A stretch of 64,000 nucleotides of DNA from Bdellovibrionota bacterium (lineage in GTDB: Bacteria > Bdellovibrionota_C > UBA2361 > CALJRW01), in the NCBI GenBank assembly GCA_041740355.1, contig JBGSMD010000002.1:1-64000 (forward strand). Direction: 5' to 3'. Position numbers and translations under genes: made by a program. Every line of letters begins with the position of its first letter. The first letter of the stretch is position 1. Shown in pieces: positions 20,296 to 29,789 of this stretch. The notes beneath the pieces were generated by a model. The model was not told where the DNA came from, ran no database searches, and was given only the letters and a program-made list of their open reading frames with translations.

Positions 20296-21714
20296 ATGAT
20301 TTATAACTTTTTAGACACCAACCTTACTTTAGATTTTTCAAAATCTCAATTTACTGATTACTTGACTAAATGCCCAACCTCGTTTTGGTCTAAAGCCTTA
20401 GCTGATTTACAGGCCTTAGAGTCAGGACAATTAGTTAATCGTAGCGAGAATCGAATGGTTGGTCATTATTGGTTGCGGAACTCTGAGCTCAGCCCAACTG
20501 ATAAAATTAAACAAGAAATTGATGGATTACTGGTTGAAGTTTCTGAATTTGTTAGGAAAATTGACGCTGGAACAATTCTTAGTTCTGCTGGTAAAGCCTA
20601 TCAGACAATCTTACTTATTGGGATAGGTGGTTCTGCTTTGGGTCCACAATTTATTGCCCGGGCCTTACAGTATAAATCAAAACGAAAGCTTTTCTTCTTT
20701 GATAATACTGATCCCGAAGGCTTTGAAGATACGCTTAATTTAATCGGTGATTTGGATACGACTTTGGTTTTGGTCATTACCAAATCAGGTGGCACTCCAG
20801 AAACTGCTAATGGTTGGAAAGTTGCCGAGTATGCATTTGCCGAACAGGGTTTAAAATTCGCGCCGAATGCAGTTGCTGTCACGATGCCCGATAGTAAATT
20901 AGAAAAAATTGCCAAAGAAGAATCCTGGCTAAAGGTGATCCACCTTTCTGACTGGGTTGGTGGTCGCACTAGTATTTGGTCTGCTGTTGGATTATTACCA
21001 TTTGCTCTTCTAGGTTTTGATACTAAACAGTTGCTAGCCGGAGCAAAGGAAATGGATCTTTTGGGTCGTAAAACTGAAATCAAAGAAAACCCTTCTTTAT
21101 TACTAGCTACCTATTGGCTTCAGGAAGCTGAGGGAAAAGGTGCGAAATCTTTAGTGGTTTTGCCATACTCGGATCGTCTAGAGTTATTTAGTAAATATCT
21201 GCAACAGTTAATCATGGAGAGCCTGGGGAAGGAGCACGATCTAAATGGTAATGTTGTGAACCAAGGAATAAGTGTTTTTGGCAACAAAGGTTCAACTGAT
21301 CAACATTCATATGTGCAACAACTTCGTAGTGGTGTAAATAATTTTTTTGGAATTTTTATTCGCCCACTGAAAGTTAATTCTAAGTATAATTTAAAACTGG
21401 GGGATAACTATGTCAGTGACTATTTAAATGGATTTCTGCTTGGTACTCGGCAGGCATTATTTGAAAATGGAAGAAATAGTTTGACTATCACTATTCCCGA
21501 AGTAAATGAATATTACTTGGGTATGCTCGTAGCTTTGTTTGAGCGCGCGGTAAGCTTTTATGCCAGCTTTGTTAATATTAATGCCTACGATCAGCCAGGA
21601 GTTGAGGCCGGGAAGAAAGCAGCAGATTATTATTTGAAAATGTTTAATAATTCTGAAGTTTCTAAGGAATTAGATTTAGGGGATTCAAGTATGATATCCA
21701 AATTAAAAATTTAA
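20296..21714 (+). CDS. pgi: Glucose-6-phosphate isomerase
   Basis: ENRMVGHYWLR, IGIGGSALGP, TKSGGTPET, WVGGRTS, QQLIMESLGKE, YDQPGVEAGK. Confidence 0.95.
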   Translation: MIYNFLDTNLTLDFSKSQFTDYLTKCPTSFWSKALADLQALESGQLVNRSENRMVGHYWLRNSELSPTDKIKQEIDGLLVEVSEFVRKIDAGTILSSAGKAYQTILLIGIGGSALGPQFIARALQYKSKRKLFFFDNTDPEGFEDTLNLIGDLDTTLVLVITKSGGTPETANGWKVAEYAFAEQGLKFAPNAVAVTMPDSKLEKIAKEESWLKVIHLSDWVGGRTSIWSAVGLLPFALLGFDTKQLLAGAKEMDLLGRKTEIKENPSLLLATYWLQEAEGKGAKSLVVLPYSDRLELFSKYLQQLIMESLGKEHDLNGNVVNQGISVFGNKGSTDQHSYVQQLRSGVNNFFGIFIRPLKVNSKYNLKLGDNYVSDYLNGFLLGTRQALFENGRNSLTITIPEVNEYYLGMLVALFERAVSFYASFVNINAYDQPGVEAGKKAADYYLKMFNNSEVSKELDLGDSSMISKLKI

Positions 21715-21840
21715 CTTTTTGTATTAGCAAGGTAGCTATTGAGAGACTTAAATTGGATTTCAATTAGGTAAGCTTGAATCAAGTTTAAGTTGCAAAACTT
21801 TATTGTAATAATATTTTAGGCATGACGATTAAGGGAATAT

Positions 21841-21987
21841 TATAGTGATGACAAAAAATAAATTACGTAAAAATCAAATAGATTGAGTTGTTTTTTGTCA
21901 TAACTATATAATTTTATTATCCCTCCGGGGGATAGAAAGCCCCAAAAAGTAATTTCCTTACGTAAATTACTTTTTGGACTTTCTATA
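21841..21987 (+). mobile_element. MITE-like repeat family A, copy 2
   Basis: Starts TATAGTGATGACAAAAAATAAATTACGTAA and ends TTACGTAAATTACTTTTTGGACTTTCTATA (imperfect 30-bp terminal inverted repeat, 23/30); near-identical to 33321-33466 outside one variable loop. Confidence 0.85.
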
Positions 21988-22149
21988 TAGTAATTTGACT
22001 AGAAAAACAAAATATTGAAGTACAGCTGTAGCAGAGTTACAGCGAGCATCAATTATTTTGCTTTTGTCAGGCAAATTCAGTCAATTTGCTTATCGTAGTA
22101 GAATTCTTATGTCGAATTCAGGTTTTAAGGCTAATTTTAAGAGAATAGT

Positions 22150-23199
22150 CTACTTACTTCTTAAAAGGATAAATTGAAGTAGTGATTCCAAGATCATTTT
22201 TGATTCTACACAATGCTTAGGGATGGAACTTGAGCATTCATTAAGCAAAGACTGAGCTTCTGTAATAAAACTTTCAGCTAAATGCTGGCTAGCTGCTAAA
22301 ATACCCTCTGATTTAATAGCAGCCAAATGCAATTCAATATCAATTTGTTTAACATCTGGTTTAGTTTTTAAGTCTTCCGCTAATGGATTTCCAGAATTTA
22401 ACCAAAGGACATTTACTACCGAAGGCTTACGTTCCTTTAGATCTGTCCCTAGATTTTTGCCGAATTTGGCAACATTTGCAGAGACATCAAGAATATCATC
22501 AAGAATCTGAAATGAGATTCCTAACTTTTCACCAAATTGGGCAAATTTATCACAGATTTCGGGTGAGCAACCAGCAATTTTGGAAGCGCTAAAACAGGCT
22601 AATCGAAACAGTGCGGCAGTTTTCTTTTTAGCAATTAATAAGCTTGATTCAATTGTATGAGAATCTTGATGAAGTGCAGTTTCTAAGATTTCTCCTTCAG
22701 TTAAATCGGCACAAGCCAATTCTGTAGCTTTTACGATTGATGGATCGAGTAAACCACAAAGACCAAAAGCTTTGACAAGTAAAAAATCACCCGTAATAAT
22801 TGTGTCATTAATGCCAAATTTTCGACAAGCCGTTAGTTGATTTCTTCGTAGTTCTGATTGATCAATAATATCGTCGTGAAGAATCGTAGCCAGGTGAATC
22901 ATTTCAATACCAGCAGCAACATTAACTAGTTCAGGTTTTAGTTCGTTTAAGCCACAAAATTTAGCGACTAATAGTGTTAGTATCGGCCTAATTTGTTTTC
23001 CTTTTTGAGCAAATGAATAACTGGCGATCTCCGAAATTCTCGGAGCTTCAGATTCAATTGATTTTTCAATCATTTGATTTACAGCTATGAGGCTAGGAAG
23101 TTCTTGAAGATATTTAAAATCAAAATTAGTCATATTAGTATGAGTTTTAAACCCACGGTTATTCATTTTTTTCAAAAATGAATAACCGTGGGTCAGCAA
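22150..23199 (-). CDS. Polyprenyl diphosphate synthase (IspB/HepT family)
   Basis: GKQIRP, HDDIIDQSELRR, KKTA.LF, FQILDDILD; true start probably the ATG at 23133. Confidence 0.9.
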   Translation of the reverse strand: MLTHGYSFLKKMNNRGFKTHTNMTNFDFKYLQELPSLIAVNQMIEKSIESEAPRISEIASYSFAQKGKQIRPILTLLVAKFCGLNELKPELVNVAAGIEMIHLATILHDDIIDQSELRRNQLTACRKFGINDTIITGDFLLVKAFGLCGLLDPSIVKATELACADLTEGEILETALHQDSHTIESSLLIAKKKTAALFRLACFSASKIAGCSPEICDKFAQFGEKLGISFQILDDILDVSANVAKFGKNLGTDLKERKPSVVNVLWLNSGNPLAEDLKTKPDVKQIDIELHLAAIKSEGILAASQHLAESFITEAQSLLNECSSSIPKHCVESKMILESLLQFILLRSK

Positions 23200-23289
23200 A
23201 ATAATGGCCTAGCTATTTTTTACCGTAGAAAATAACACCAAACCCTCCTTTCTTATATTTGGTATTTTCAAACAATATAAGCGGAGTGT

Positions 23290-24822
23290 TTATTCCCAAC
23301 CTAAACCTTCAGAGACCCAAGAGATGGCTGATAGATATTTACTTTCAGTCGGAAAAATTTTGCAGAAACTATTGGTTTTCGCAAGTGATGCATCTGTTAG
23401 ACGTTTAGAATCCCCAACGGTCACTACTTTTGCTTCAGGATAAATAGAAAGAATTTCTTGTAAGTCTTGTAAACAGTTTTCGATCTTCTCATCGGCTAAC
23501 ATAATCAAATCTACTCGTTTAAAGTTAATCTGATACCAAGAAAGTGCCTCTGTTGAATCCATAAAAACTCTAGAGTCCATTGCTGCTGCAGAAAAATAAA
23601 GCTTGCAAACCTCAATTTGCGATAAGTCTGGTTCAATCACCATGACTAAACCCTTACAGTCAGATTTACGATTATGTTTAAGACTTTCCTTAGAAAGCGG
23701 TAGAAAGATTTTAAAGCAAGTGCCTTTGCCAAGCTTAGATTCCACAGTAATCGATCCTTGGTGAGCTTTAATAATGGAAAAAACAATACTTAAACCAAGG
23801 CCCAATTTGTTGGCTCTTTTCTTAGTAGTAAAAGTTGGATCAAATAAGGAGTTTAAATGCTCTGGCGCAATTCCTAAGCCTTGATCAGTAATCGTAATGC
23901 AGGCAAAGCGGGAATCGTTGTTTTGAAGTATAGGTGGTAAGTCCCAACTGTTTGGAATTGATAAGGCTAGTTTAATTTTACCACCATTAGGCTGTGCTTC
24001 CGTAGCATTAATAACTAAATTAGCCAATGCTTGACGGATCTCAGAAGGGTTTAAATCAACATAAATGGGCTCACTGGAATCAACCATGGAAACTACACGA
24101 CTCTTGGAGTCACTTGCTTGGTTCAGGAAATTAGTAGAATCAATAATTAAATCTACTAGATTACACTGGGGAATAATTTTTATTTCGGCAGGAGAAAAGG
24201 CTAGCAAGTTATTGATAAACTGTTGAGATTTCGTGAGGAGCGATTGGCACTTATTAATTTTCTTACAACATTTTTCTTCTTTTAAATCTTTTTCCATCTG
24301 GTTTAATAGATCGGAAATCTTTTCCAGATTTGTCCCTAAACCATGAGCAACATTTGCGGCGAGTGCTCCCAGAGATAACAACTTTTGATCACGGAGGTGA
24401 TCTTTCTCAATGCTCTGCAAGCTTTTTTCAGATTTCCGTCTTTCACAAGCGTAATAAATAGATCGGTATAGGAAATCTGGCATGATCTTTCCCAGGATCA
24501 AATAATCGGCAGCTCCGGCACGCAGCAATCTTAAATCACGATCTTTTGATTTTCCGTCAGAAAGAATAACGACTGGAAGGAGAAGCGATTCGTCATTGAT
24601 TAATTCCAAAATGGCGAAAGTGTACTTACCTAGACTTTGATCGTCAAAAAGACAAACATCATAATTATTATCAAGTTGCTCTAAACCAGCTTGATAATTA
24701 CGAGCCCAGAAAATTTCAGATTTGAAACCTTGAACCCGTTGCAAAAGGACTGTGATTTGAAAATAAATTTCTTCCGATTCTGAAACAAAAAGGATCTTTC
24801 TGGGCTTAAAGTTTTGAATCAC
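23290..24822 (-). CDS. Hybrid histidine kinase REC-HisKA-HATPase-pseudoREC
   Basis: N-terminal receiver (CLFD, GAADYL), atypical H-box NVAHGLGT, NLVINATEA, DQGLGI, GLGLS; degenerate C-terminal receiver. Confidence 0.82.
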   Translation of the reverse strand: MIQNFKPRKILFVSESEEIYFQITVLLQRVQGFKSEIFWARNYQAGLEQLDNNYDVCLFDDQSLGKYTFAILELINDESLLLPVVILSDGKSKDRDLRLLRAGAADYLILGKIMPDFLYRSIYYACERRKSEKSLQSIEKDHLRDQKLLSLGALAANVAHGLGTNLEKISDLLNQMEKDLKEEKCCKKINKCQSLLTKSQQFINNLLAFSPAEIKIIPQCNLVDLIIDSTNFLNQASDSKSRVVSMVDSSEPIYVDLNPSEIRQALANLVINATEAQPNGGKIKLALSIPNSWDLPPILQNNDSRFACITITDQGLGIAPEHLNSLFDPTFTTKKRANKLGLGLSIVFSIIKAHQGSITVESKLGKGTCFKIFLPLSKESLKHNRKSDCKGLVMVIEPDLSQIEVCKLYFSAAAMDSRVFMDSTEALSWYQINFKRVDLIMLADEKIENCLQDLQEILSIYPEAKVVTVGDSKRLTDASLAKTNSFCKIFPTESKYLSAISWVSEGLGWE

Positions 24823-24987
24823 AGGTTCATTATAAACAGGGGATGTTAGTTATTTTGATATATAACAAAATCCCTTTTAGGTTTTAAAAGTTTTATCATG
24901 AACAGAATCTTCTGTAAATTTAAGGGATATAAGTATTCTCAGGTTATTGAACGGCCTTTGGCTAAAACTTACTAGGATCTTACTGTT

Positions 24988-27426
24988 CTAGCGAGACAAT
25001 CTAACAATATCATCTGCGATTTTTTCAAAGGCTTTAACAATAGAAAAATTTTCATCTGCAGCGGAATATGTCCCTTGTAATTTACTATCTGTTGATTTGG
25101 TATTATCAAATGCTGGAACTACTAGAGCTTTTTTACTACTGACTCCTAGTTGATTAACCTGATTAATCACAATATCGGTTCGTCCTGCTATTCTACCTAA
25201 AAGAAAGTCTTTTCGGGAAATAGCATCTAAATAGTTTTGGTAGGGAGAAGGATCCATTACACATCCACTGGTCGCTGTGAAAGAGCCACTAACAAATTGC
25301 GGTTGACAAGGGTCAGCTTCACCAAAACCGATGGTATGAACTGTCCCGTTATTTTGACGCATAATATCGGCATAGTATATTGGAACATTATAAAAAATTT
25401 TCATCCATTCATCATCAAGAGTTGATATTGTTGATAAACAATCTGGCGGGGGGGAGACAGGAAGAGAAGTTGAATATTTATTGGTAAAAATTTTCTTACC
25501 ACTTCCAGAGGGAGGAATACAATCAAGGGTAGTTTTATCAGAGGTAATGTTTGCTTCGTAGATATCAATTGGTTGAATAAACTTTATATTTGGCCCAGAC
25601 ATAGTGTTGTTGAATTTAAAAATATTACCTTTTAAATCAACAATATCGATACTATCAGTTAATGCTCCTGGGCTCCAAAAATTACCATAAGTTGAAATAT
25701 TTTCGGGATCTGGAATGCCCGCACCTGGAAATAACAATGAGTTATAAGCTGCAGTCTTTGTATCATCAACTTGCAATCCATACAGTATACTTGGATTTGA
25801 TGGTGTTCCAAAAGGGTCGGGATTTTCTTCAATTAGTAGCTGAGATTTAATAAAGGGACTTGGTGCCCAAACCGATCCACTAGAATCTACTTTGGGGCTG
25901 GTGCCGAGTGAAGAATACTGCTGATAGGAGCTTAGAATGCTCAGTAGAGTTACGTCATTATCCAGCGGGAGTGAGCCTAATTTTGACATGACCTCTGAAT
26001 GTATTGCTTGATTTAAAAAACTTACACCAGGAAGAGTTGGGTCATCTAGTAAGATCCTTGTTGCGCTTGGAGCTCCATCAGTAAAAAGAACATAGTGAGT
26101 TTTAACGCGAACATTTCCATTGTCATCTGAATTGTAATGTAAATTATGAATATAACCACTAAGTAAGGCATCTGAAGGATTAGTCCAGTCTCCTAATTTT
26201 AAATTTCCAGTTTGTTGCACGATATTTTGAAAGATGGTGTTAAGTTTTGCTTGATCATGAACCTCTCGATCTTCATCTGGATCCCCAGCAATTTGTTGAC
26301 CAACATCCCAATCCCCAACTAAATTATTAGGAGCAAGATTAGAAAAGGGTGTATTGATTGATTTATAAACAAAAGAACTGGAATTAAAAGGAATAATGGC
26401 AATATTATCTTTAAATGGCCGAAATCTTTCCATAAAAGCATCTACCCCTTGGATTAGATGACTCATTTTATTATCTAAACTAAATTTCGATGATAAATTA
26501 GGATCTGGATTAATAGTATTAACAATATAATTCCCAGTAGTGGTATTAGGTGCTACTTGATTATATTTATTCGGACAAGAGGTTGTATCTGTAATTAAGC
26601 AACCACAGTAACATGTCCTATTAATCTCAAATTTTACATCATTGTGATAAATTTCATCCGCTAAATTCCCAGGCTCAGGTTCTCCAAGTTTTCTGCCAAT
26701 AAGCGGAAATTCGGTTATCTCTGTATTAGTTCCTCGTTGGATTCTTTGCCTTTTGCCCATGGCATCTGCGCAGTCGGCTTTTAATAACGGGTCCTGATAA
26801 TAAGTGTAACTTACTGGACACATCATAGAATTTGATAAGTCAATCATCAAAACAATTTGTACCGGAGAAATAGCACCTGTAGAGAGTCCCGATGTTTTAA
26901 AACTGTCCTTATTTCCTGTCCCCCCTAATAACTGATTAAGACCTGTGGTCATTAATAAATTATCACGCTGCAGATCTCTAAATTCAACCTGTAGGCCCTC
27001 CGTATTGTTATTTGCAGCAGTTGGTCCTTCGAACTGAACATAAACATCTGTTTCATCTAAAAGACCTTGAAATTTTGGGATGCTAAAAAGTACATTATTT
27101 CGAGCAACTTCTCGGGCTCTTTGAATTACAGATTTCTGCATAGGTCCTAGGCCAAGTGGCTCTGTAACAAGAGAGGCATTGGCGACTTCAAAACCATACT
27201 GGTCAAATGCGGTATGTAGGCTCGCTTGAAAACCTTTCTTCACTCGGTACTCAAGCCCAGCTACGACGCCAGCATCTGTAGCTTTCTTATACTGAAGGTT
27301 AGTATAAAACATGTTGGCAGCATCAATGCTTAGAGCTGCCACTCCTAATAAAGCAATAATTCCTAATGCCATGAGTGGAAGATATGCTCCGCACTGATTA
27401 TTTTTTTTAGACAATAGTCGCATCAT
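24988..27426 (-). CDS. TadG-like protein with vWA domain
   Basis: QCG|AYLPLMAL plus TM, KATDAGVVAG; MIDAS DLSNSM, WTNPSDAL, VLFTDGAP, VHTIGFG. Confidence 0.82.
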   Translation of the reverse strand: MMRLLSKKNNQCGAYLPLMALGIIALLGVAALSIDAANMFYTNLQYKKATDAGVVAGLEYRVKKGFQASLHTAFDQYGFEVANASLVTEPLGLGPMQKSVIQRAREVARNNVLFSIPKFQGLLDETDVYVQFEGPTAANNNTEGLQVEFRDLQRDNLLMTTGLNQLLGGTGNKDSFKTSGLSTGAISPVQIVLMIDLSNSMMCPVSYTYYQDPLLKADCADAMGKRQRIQRGTNTEITEFPLIGRKLGEPEPGNLADEIYHNDVKFEINRTCYCGCLITDTTSCPNKYNQVAPNTTTGNYIVNTINPDPNLSSKFSLDNKMSHLIQGVDAFMERFRPFKDNIAIIPFNSSSFVYKSINTPFSNLAPNNLVGDWDVGQQIAGDPDEDREVHDQAKLNTIFQNIVQQTGNLKLGDWTNPSDALLSGYIHNLHYNSDDNGNVRVKTHYVLFTDGAPSATRILLDDPTLPGVSFLNQAIHSEVMSKLGSLPLDNDVTLLSILSSYQQYSSLGTSPKVDSSGSVWAPSPFIKSQLLIEENPDPFGTPSNPSILYGLQVDDTKTAAYNSLLFPGAGIPDPENISTYGNFWSPGALTDSIDIVDLKGNIFKFNNTMSGPNIKFIQPIDIYEANITSDKTTLDCIPPSGSGKKIFTNKYSTSLPVSPPPDCLSTISTLDDEWMKIFYNVPIYYADIMRQNNGTVHTIGFGEADPCQPQFVSGSFTATSGCVMDPSPYQNYLDAISRKDFLLGRIAGRTDIVINQVNQLGVSSKKALVVPAFDNTKSTDSKLQGTYSAADENFSIVKAFEKIADDIVRLSR

Positions 27427-27979
27427 ATAAAAAATCCCCGGCTACAAATGGTAGATTAAAAATTGTATTAATAAAAACTAATATTGGAGAATAGGGAACA
27501 TAACATTCACTAAAAACAATTGCTTGATGCCGATCCAAATTTGAAAAACTGGTCTTTATCTTACCATCATTACCAAGTAGCAATGGAAGTCTACTAACGG
27601 TATCTGGGTGTTTAGAAATGTATTGTGGAGTGACGCTCCATGTTGCTCGGTCGACAAGATTAATTCGATCTGAATTTGCTATCATGTAAGTGACGGCTAA
27701 TTTAGTTCCCGGAACAATAGACTGTAAATATTCTTCAAAATTAGTTCTTTGAGAATTTAAACAAGTTGGCAACTGACTAGAATCTTCAGGGCAATCTCTT
27801 TTGATAATATTGGCAAATTCTTTACTAGCACTGGACGCAATTGTAAGATGATGAATTGCTCTGGTAAATTCGAAGACAGTGAGAGAAATTACAAAAATAA
27901 TAGGTAAAATTAAGGCTAGTTCCACAAGAACCGAACCCTGATTTGAATTTATTTGTGATGAAAAATTTAGTTTTGACAT
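27407..27979 (-). CDS. TadE/TadF-like pseudopilin
   Basis: QG|SVLVELALILPIIF; C-terminal ECYVPYSP. Confidence 0.87.
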   Translation of the reverse strand: MSKLNFSSQINSNQGSVLVELALILPIIFVISLTVFEFTRAIHHLTIASSASKEFANIIKRDCPEDSSQLPTCLNSQRTNFEEYLQSIVPGTKLAVTYMIANSDRINLVDRATWSVTPQYISKHPDTVSRLPLLLGNDGKIKTSFSNLDRHQAIVFSECYVPYSPILVFINTIFNLPFVAGDFLYDATIV

Positions 27980-27982
27980 TTA

Positions 27983-28567
27983 CTAAAATCCTCCTACTAG
28001 TTCAGCGTCATATCTAAAAATTTCATTTCTACCAAAAACAATAAAATCCATAGTTGGTGTTGAAGAGAACCATGAAAAAAGTGGTATGTTAGTGCGAATA
28101 CAGATGGCAACTATTTCTCCACGATGAGCTGCATCTGTTGGGCCAAAAGAAGTTGCCAATGTTGGATCGCAACGCCAACCAGACGGAAGCGTTGAGTCAT
28201 CTTCACCTAGTCGAGCTGGCCTAGTAACGGAAATCATACTGGGAGTGATTGTTAAATCAAAACTTTGGGCAATCTTTACAATTTCATTTTTGATACATGT
28301 GCCACGATTGAGTTCATTACCAGCGAGTTCATCATTAAGGGCATCACTAACAACACCATCATTTGGGATACAATTACCAACAGTTGAAAAGTTAGCTTTT
28401 GTTGCGGCTTCTAAACCTTTCTGTAAAGTATGCTGCACTGAGACCGTAACAAAACTAAATTTAAGAAGTTCTAAAACGGAGATAATAATCATCATGAAAA
28501 GAAGAATCGAAATTGCCATTTCCACATAGGTAGCCCCTAATTGTCGTTGTAAGGAATTATGATTCAT
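27983..28567 (-). CDS. TadE-like pseudopilin
   Basis: LG|ATYVEMAISILLF prepilin motif. Confidence 0.85.
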   Translation of the reverse strand: MNHNSLQRQLGATYVEMAISILLFMMIIISVLELLKFSFVTVSVQHTLQKGLEAATKANFSTVGNCIPNDGVVSDALNDELAGNELNRGTCIKNEIVKIAQSFDLTITPSMISVTRPARLGEDDSTLPSGWRCDPTLATSFGPTDAAHRGEIVAICIRTNIPLFSWFSSTPTMDFIVFGRNEIFRYDAELVGGF

Positions 28568-28609
28568 TGAAATAATTATACTATAGGGAGAATACTTAGC
28601 CTAATACGA

Positions 28610-29107
28610 TTAAAGATTATTCTTTAGATGCAAAATAAACTCATTTGGTTTTAAATAACCCTCGATTCTACTTGCTTTTAACTCGACACCCTCTGGATTA
28701 ATAAATAAAATTGTAGGCAAGCCTAATACCTTGTAATTATTAGATAATCCTTCGTTTGTCAGATCGATTGTATTGAAGTCTAGTCTAACTTTAATTAGCT
28801 TACTTAATTCCTTTTGAACAGTAGGGTCTTTAAAGGTTACTTGTTCAAATTTGACACAGGGCTCGCACCAGTCGGCATAGAGATCCACTAATAAAGTCTT
28901 TTCTTCCTTTCTGGCCAAATTTTTGGCGGATTCAAGGTCTGTGAACCAGGTGTTTTTATCGACCGGACTAATTTTAGGAGAGGAACCTTCAAAATTTAAA
29001 CTACCAAAGAAGTTGGGAAAGGCGATAAACAAAGTGTAACAGCAGATACCAAGCATTATTAATACTCTGATTTTTGAAGAGAATGGATTTTTGTTCGTTT
29101 TAATCAC
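28610..29107 (-). CDS. Membrane-anchored thioredoxin-like protein (DsbD C-terminal domain-like)
   Basis: N-terminal TM; VDLYADWCEPC; GLPTILF. Confidence 0.85.
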   Translation of the reverse strand: MIKTNKNPFSSKIRVLIMLGICCYTLFIAFPNFFGSLNFEGSSPKISPVDKNTWFTDLESAKNLARKEEKTLLVDLYADWCEPCVKFEQVTFKDPTVQKELSKLIKVRLDFNTIDLTNEGLSNNYKVLGLPTILFINPEGVELKASRIEGYLKPNEFILHLKNNL

Positions 29108-29260
29108 GATTATAATTTCAGACTTACTATCAGAATACTACAGTTCAAAATGTGTGACCACTTTACTAATTACTCCTTTCAAAATCTCAATACTAGTTTA
29201 ATTATTCTTGGGAGAACTGCGAGGTTTTACATTTAAACCTTCATTTGATAACTTTCCGCC

Positions 29261-29761
29261 ATGTCAAACAATAAAAAATCGGCTGTATTTCCAGGTTCCT
29301 TTGATCCTTTCACAAATGGACATATAGATATTGTAGAACGTTCGCTCGAGATTTTTGAAACAGTTCATGTGGCAGTCTTAGAAAATCTTTCTAAAAATGC
29401 GCTATTTACTCCGGAAGAAAGAGTCGAGCTAATTGAAAAAATTTTCAAAAAACGAAAACAAAAAGTTGTTGTTGAGACTTTTAGTGGACTCCTTGTCGAC
29501 TATGTAAAAAAAGTGAAGAGCAGGGTGATAATTCGCGGGCTCAGGGCAATTAGTGATTTCGATTATGAAGCACAAATGGCCTTAATGAATCGTCAATTGG
29601 ATCACCGCGTTGAAACTTTGTTTATGATGACTCGAGAAGAGAATTCCTATATCAGTTCAACCTTAGTTAAGCAGGTTGCTCCTTATGGGGGTGATGTTTC
29701 GATGTTAGTTCATCCAATTATCGCTAAAGCACTTCAAGCAAAGTATTCAAAAAAGAAATAA
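29261..29761 (+). CDS. coaD: Phosphopantetheine adenylyltransferase
   Basis: FPGSFDPFTNGH, RGLRAISDFDYE, ISST. Confidence 0.96.
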   Translation: MSNNKKSAVFPGSFDPFTNGHIDIVERSLEIFETVHVAVLENLSKNALFTPEERVELIEKIFKKRKQKVVVETFSGLLVDYVKKVKSRVIIRGLRAISDFDYEAQMALMNRQLDHRVETLFMMTREENSYISSTLVKQVAPYGGDVSMLVHPIIAKALQAKYSKKK

Positions 29762-29789
29762 ACTATTTCCTATTCAATTTAAAATAAAA

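Noticed and set aside
22007-22150. Run of three short hairpins after family A copy 2 as a tRNA-like RNA
   Set aside because: Stems are only 6-8 bp in AT-rich DNA, there are no D- or T-loop motifs, and there is no second copy
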